A stretch of 57,616 nucleotides of DNA from Selaginella moellendorffii (taxonomy: Eukaryota > Plantae > Lycopodiophyta), in NCBI RefSeq assembly GCF_000143415.4, contig NW_003314270.1, positions 854,928 through 912,543 on the forward strand, written 5' to 3'. The position numbers and the translations under genes were made by a program. The notes beneath the pieces are model-generated. The model had not been told where the DNA came from. It did no database searches and saw only the letters and a list, made by a program, of their open reading frames with translations. Positions 49,040-57,616 of this stretch are shown piece after piece (the stretch's first letter is position 1; each line of letters starts with the position of its first letter).

Positions 49040-50860
49040 ATGTTAGAGCTGGAAGAAGAGCTCGCCTCTAGCATCAGGCAATGCGGCAGCCACAAAGATT
49101 TAACCAATGCCCAGAGGCTCCATTCTCTAGTCCGTAGCCATACGCTCATACGCCACAATGTCTACCTCGCCAATCTTCTCGTCCAAATGTACGGTAAGTG
49201 TGGCCACCCACACGACGCCCGTCGCGTGTTCGATTCCATGCCCCGACCAAACATTTACTCGTGGACGATTATGCTCGAGGCATATACCGAGAATGGGAAT
49301 CTCGACGAGGCTAAGTGGCTGTTCGATTCCATGCCCGCCCGGAATGCGGTGACGTGGAACACGATCATCACTGCGTTTGGACAGGCTGGCCACGTGGACT
49401 CCGGGAAGGAGCTGTTTGACAGGATGCCCCAACCGGATATGGTGACGTGGAATGCCATGCTGGCGGCATATACCCAGAATGGGCATCTGGAGCTCGCCAA
49501 GGGATTGTACGACACCATGCCTGAGCACAATGTGGTCACAAGTACGGCTATGCTGCAGGCGTTTGCGCAGGGTGGCCACCTGGATCGAGCCCTGGACGTG
49601 TTCGAGAATATGCCCCAGAAGAATATGGTATCTTGGACGGCCATGCTTGTGGCATATACTGAAGCTGGGCATTTTGATTTAGCAAAGAGAATCTTTGGTA
49701 GGATGCCCGAGTGGAACGTAGTGTCGTGGAACGCAATGCTCCAGGCACATTCGCGAGGCGGGAATATCCAAGAGGCCGAAAAGATATTCCATGCGATGCC
49801 TGATCATGACGTCATCTCGTGGACGACTCTTCTTGTCGCACTTGCCGAGGCCGGGCAAACAGACAAAGCCAAGAAGGTATTTGAGAATATGCCCGAGCGT
49901 ACAATGGTAACGTGGAACTCGTTTCTACAGATATTTGTAGAGAAGGGACACGTGGAAGAAGCCAAGAGGGTGTTTGAGAGGATGCCAAAGTGGGACGTAG
50001 TATCATGTACCACGATGCTCCACGCTTATGCCCAGAGTGGGCATCTGGAAGATGCTAAATTAATATTCGATCGGATGCACCTAAAGACCGACGTGTCATG
50101 GGCGGGAATGATATCCGCATATTCCGAACGCGGGGATCTCGATGCCGCAAACCACGTCTTTGGGGATATACCCCGCCAGCATCTGCTGACGTGGAATGCC
50201 ATGCTTTCAGCATATGCCGAGCACGGGCATCTTGACGGCGCGAAGGGAATCTTCGACAGGATGCCCGAGTGGGACGTGGTGACGTGGACGACGCTGATGG
50301 CGGCATATTCCCAGAGCGGGGACTGGGAAGGGGCCGATTCCATCTTCGAGAGGATGCCCGAGAAAGATTCGGTGGCATGGACGGCCGTGATTTCCATGCA
50401 CGCTCACACTGGACGCCGCCAAGTGGCCATTGGGAATATGCTCGAGCTCCAAATGGAGGGCCTTGAGAGCGACGAGGGAGCGTTCTTGAGCGTCTTGATG
50501 GCTTGCAACCACGTTGGTCTTTTGGAAACCGGGATAAATTTCTTCCGGTCGATGATCACGGACCATGGCTTGGATCCAAAGTTTGAGCACTACTGTTGCA
50601 TGGTTGATATCCTCGGACGCTCGAGCCAGCTTAAGAATGCCGAGGATCTGATCGATACCATGCCTTACCACCCGGATGGATTGGTCTGGGGAGCGCTGCT
50701 AAACGCTTGTCGACTCCACCACGACGTCGAGAGAGCCCAGAGAGCGTCGCAGGAGCTTATGGATGCCGACCCCGAGAATGGTGCCTCGCAAATTCTTCTG
50801 GCCGAAGTTTACGCGTCCTCGAGATCAAAGCGGTGGCCTCGCACTACGCCCAAGAGATGA
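49040..50860 (+). CDS. Intronless PLS-class PPR protein with C-terminal E-type region, no DYW domain
   Basis: 606-aa ORF with a long run of ~31-aa repeats (FDRMP..DVVSW), then FLSVLMACNHVG, EHYCCMVDILGR and WGALLNACRLH. Confidence 0.93.
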   Translation: MLELEEELASSIRQCGSHKDLTNAQRLHSLVRSHTLIRHNVYLANLLVQMYGKCGHPHDARRVFDSMPRPNIYSWTIMLEAYTENGNLDEAKWLFDSMPARNAVTWNTIITAFGQAGHVDSGKELFDRMPQPDMVTWNAMLAAYTQNGHLELAKGLYDTMPEHNVVTSTAMLQAFAQGGHLDRALDVFENMPQKNMVSWTAMLVAYTEAGHFDLAKRIFGRMPEWNVVSWNAMLQAHSRGGNIQEAEKIFHAMPDHDVISWTTLLVALAEAGQTDKAKKVFENMPERTMVTWNSFLQIFVEKGHVEEAKRVFERMPKWDVVSCTTMLHAYAQSGHLEDAKLIFDRMHLKTDVSWAGMISAYSERGDLDAANHVFGDIPRQHLLTWNAMLSAYAEHGHLDGAKGIFDRMPEWDVVTWTTLMAAYSQSGDWEGADSIFERMPEKDSVAWTAVISMHAHTGRRQVAIGNMLELQMEGLESDEGAFLSVLMACNHVGLLETGINFFRSMITDHGLDPKFEHYCCMVDILGRSSQLKNAEDLIDTMPYHPDGLVWGALLNACRLHHDVERAQRASQELMDADPENGASQILLAEVYASSRSKRWPRTTPKR

Positions 50861-50966
50861 GCCGAGAAAAACTTGTCTGAAAGACTTGCTGGACAAGTTC
50901 TTATCACTCTGTCTGTAAACGACGATTGTAAAGAGCCTTCTAATCTTCACGAGAGACCGCTGGTTT

Positions 50967-54114
<3,148 letters not shown>

Positions 54115-54140
54115 TGGGAAGAACCCTAGACCCAGAAAAT

Positions 54141-54167
54141 GGCGGGAATAACCAATATGGCGGGAAA
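54141..54167 (-). promoter_or_regulatory. Two E2F-binding sites upstream of MCM5
   Basis: TTTCCCGCC (54167-54159) and ATTCCCGCC (54149-54141) on the gene strand. MCM genes are established E2F targets. Confidence 0.8.
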
Positions 54168-54544
54168 TTATTCGATTTGCTTTATACTTAAATTGTCTTA
54201 TACTATTATAAATCATATTTAAAGTCCATATTATGAGAAAATTGATAAAATCTAGGATTAAAATCCTTAGCATGAAAAAAATAATAATTTCTATTATCAA
54301 GCTCTTTAGCAAATTGGAAAAAGTTGTTCCATATTAAGCTTAAGAAGAAATTCATTGCATAAAACAATTGAGTTATTTTACTATTGTGGAGTTAAACGAA
54401 AAAAAATGACAAAAAAAAATTCTCTTTAACATTTCATGTTTCAAACAAAATATTTATTAAGTTCCCAACTATCTAAAAGTGGGGTGAGATGCGAAACAAA
54501 GGAGTGTAGTTAATTGATACAATGGAAGGATAGATAAATTCAAC

Positions 54545-55395
54545 ATTAAAATGGAGGTTTTTGTGATTATAAGATAACATTTAAATATACTATCATTATA
54601 GATCTTTGGAATCTTAGAAGATAAATGAAGATAAAATAAATATTAACAACTCTCTTATTTAATAATTACCTCTTTATAATTGGGTCAAGTGGAGAAATAT
54701 AAAGTTTAACACCTCAAGGGTCTGTAGCATATGTAATCATAAGATAAAATTTGGATATACTATGAAAAACAATATATCTACTGATAAATGAAAATAAAAT
54801 AGTCATTAAGAGTTTTTTATTAAATAATAACCCCTTTTTTAGTGGTATGCTATGTAACAGAAATTGTGGTTCTCTTTATAATCATAGGAATAATTTGTAT
54901 ATATTATCAATGTATATCCATGAAATCACTTTATAAATGGTGATTAAATAACTATTAAAAATGTTTTATCAAGTAATTGCACCTTTTCTAGCTGGTTTAA
55001 AAAGATAAAGATAAAATGCATTATATCAACATAAAATGACAATATTGACATATCAAAAGTGGGGGTAAATGTAATATATATAAATATAAGATGAGATTTG
55101 GATATATTATCAAAGTAGTCATCTAAGGGCTCTATCATTAATTAATTGCTATTTTCTTAGTTGACTTAAAGAGAAAGAAATAAATTTGGTATATTAATTT
55201 AGAATTTAACAATAGACAATCCAATGAGGGTTAGTCAAATAGTTAGATAATATAAGGATGGATAGAATTAATGAAAAAATGGAGGTTTTAGTTTCTTTTG
55301 TTATTATAGAATGAGATTTAGATATATTATCATTATAGAACCTTGGAAGAAAATAATTATTGAAGACTCTCTTATTAAGAAATTACCCATTTCTA
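54545..55395. repeat. Degenerate AT-rich repeated units (probable TE remnant)
   Basis: aaaatggaggtttt...tatcattataga..ttggaa at ~54549 and ~55276. The shorter agat..gattt.gatata core also occurs at ~54740, ~55087 and ~15885. Confidence 0.45.
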
Positions 55396-55613
55396 ATTTA
55401 AAGGGAGGAAAAGAAAAATATACTATATCACCATAGAATGAGGGCATTGACAGTAGGTGAATGTAATATATATTATCAAATCTACAATTATGGTCCTAAA
55501 TGAGGGTAGTTTGAGAAATCACTAAGAATTGTGTTTTAGACAAAAATAACATACTACACTCTGTGCCAAAATTTAATGAAAGAGCTCCTTAAAAAATTTT
55601 GTGTGTATCTATG

Positions 55614-56290
55614 TGTAAACTTTTGAATCTAGACTTCCCAAGAGGTCACCTAATTTAGTATTATTCAAACCCAAAAACATTTAACCCTAAATATCCTAAG
55701 ACCTTTAACTAATTAGAAAAAAATGTGCACTTTTATTTATATTTTCTAATCTATTAAGGGTTTTGGGATATTTGAGGTTAAACATCTTTAGGTTTGAATA
55801 ATACTAAGTTGAGTGACTTCACGAACAATCCAAATCCAGGAACTTTCATTTGGTATTAGAAGTTTTAGATTTGACTTTATTGGTTGGTTAAGGGAATCAC
55901 ACCATATACTAATTAACATTTGGCAAGTTCAATTTGCTCCAGCTATGCTCGACTTGAGAGGTAAAGAGCTAAACTCAACTTAATGGGTAGAGAGGTCCAA
56001 TTTACTCTGGCTAGGCTCGACCTAAGGGGTAAAGAGATTTAATTTGCTTCAGTTGGGTTTAATCTAAAAGGTAGTATGTTAAGAGAGTAAGGCTCCTAGG
56101 AGAACTTATGAATTTGGACTTTCTGAGAGGTCATTCAACCCAGTGTTATTAAAACCCAAAAACACTTAGCCATAAATATCCCAAGACCTTTAATCGATTG
56201 AAAAAAGGGGTGCATTTTTACTCATAAGCATTTTCTCTTTATATTTGAATATTATAGATTGTTTTTTAAGTCATTTTTTTTTTGTTTATA
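55614..56290. mobile_element. Rearranged Cassandra-type TRIM cluster (three LTR segments; central block inverted)
   Basis: LTR pieces 55614-~55740 and 56103-56290 in one orientation. 55742-55848, the PBS (TGGTATTAGA at 55851) and the interior are in the opposite orientation. All carry the 5S-like core. Confidence 0.78.
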
Positions 56291-57616
56291 CTAGAATCTC
56301 AATAACCACTAAAAAAAAATTGATATTCTAGAATCTTGCCCCTTAAAGGAAGGTAAAAAAGAAAATTAAACCTATTTTTTCTTTCATCTTGTCATTAAGC
56401 TAGGTTTGAAGAATACTTTTATAAGATTTAACAACTCATGGGATTGAAAATTTAGTGCTCCTACCCTTGCAAAACTGTTATGAGGGTCTCACTATAGTAT
56501 ATAATCTGAAGTCCTATAGTTATAAGTGGATCTTTTGAACTTGATAGATTCAAAGATGGTAGAGATATTAGAGATTTAGATTAAGAGAAATAATTTCATC
56601 TCTTTGATATGTTATTATATAAATTATATATATTTTATTCTGTGAATTTATTTTCTAGAAAAAATTTAAATTTACATTTAATATAAAACTTTAGTATATA
56701 TAAACTCAATAAAACATTATTGCAAACCCTCTCATATCAAATTATTGTTTGTGTGCTAGACTTAGAATTTCTCAACATTTGTTTATAATAGTATTCTCAA
56801 GAGTACTGCCATCTTCATAATGGATTTAGTGTTGAGCTATAGGGAAAGCTTTGAAAAATTTTAGACACTTTTTGATGTCTATAAAAGCTATTATACTTTG
56901 TGAAAAAATAATTCAATGCCACCTTTATTAACTATAGTTGATAAATCATTGATTTGCTTATAATATCTATTAATATTGCACACTTTATTTCTCTCCTCTT
57001 AAGCCAATTTTAAAAGGGGAAGTTCCTTGATAAGAGAGCCCTTAATGGCTATTTTGTCCCTAAGGTTATATCTAAATCTCAAGCAATTAATATACAAGCA
57101 AGATAAGCATTTACTTTGCTCTAGGGGGACTCAATAGGCTAGAATGGAGCCACAACCCCAAGACAGCTGTCAGAATATAAAGAATATCCTTACAATGCAA
57201 CTCCATGAAGCAACTAATGTGTTAAAGTAAGTCTAAAGACATGACTATAGGCTGAAGTGTAAAGGTGATGGGAATAATGTTAGAAGCTTAGAAGAGCAAA
57301 TTAAGGATATCACTCTATGCCTTTAATACTGTGAGAAAGGATGCTCTTCTAGAGGACCACACTCATGCAGCATGACAAACAATTATTCCACTTGAATCTT
57401 AGGCATTGCAGTAAAACTTGGTTGCTACTCAATTGTAAATCAATGCACTTGTCATTTTTTGCATTCTTGCACAATTTGGCCATTAGTAGTTTCATCACTA
57501 GATTATCAAGCTATTGAACCATGTTTAACACTTGTTTATCACTATGTGTAGATTTTATACCCTGGTCTGCTCTCATACTATATAGCCAATGGCAGCCACA
57601 ACCAAGATCCCTGCAA

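Noticed and set aside
49127-50671. Antisense ORFs over the PPR gene, and similar ones over FtsH, FRO and pol
   Set aside because: Shadow ORFs of GC-rich coding sequence with no independent motifs.
57150-57616. Possible Mutator-like transposase remnant on the minus strand (CRDLGCGCHW)
   Set aside because: A single weak Cys/Trp motif amid stops, truncated by the window edge.

Overview
Plant nuclear genomic DNA. Very short (~50-nt) introns, compact GC-rich gene islands, intronless PLS-type PPR genes and AT-rich spacers suggest a lycophyte such as Selaginella (inference). The left part (1-33.6 kb) is mostly LTR retroelements. (i) A large-LTR element whose LTR carries a minisatellite, with a solo LTR of the same family inserted into it. 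(ii) A full-length short-LTR Ty3/gypsy (7394-12402). (iii) A three-level nest in which an old, heavily C>T-eroded copy of that gypsy holds 5S-rRNA-bearing Cassandra-type TRIMs, one of which holds a young chromodomain gypsy (24622-30217). Between these lie an intact AT-rich ORF with a GNA/bulb-lectin domain, a mosaic of gene fragments (PPR, aspartate aminotransferase) and MED7. The right part is a gene island: FRO, MRL1, a tRNA-Arg remnant lacking its anticodon, an uncharacterised plant protein, mitochondrial FtsH, a PLS-E PPR and MCM5 with E2F sites. A rearranged Cassandra cluster follows. Most notable signals: the chromovirus has no tRNA primer-binding site but has a 15-nt perfect complement between its PBS position and its predicted transcript 5' end (Tf1-like self-priming), and two different gypsy families both have a G_GGA_AAC slippery site plus a predicted H-type pseudoknot at the gag/pol junction (-1 frameshifting, PEG10-like). 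All alignments and counts were done by eye.
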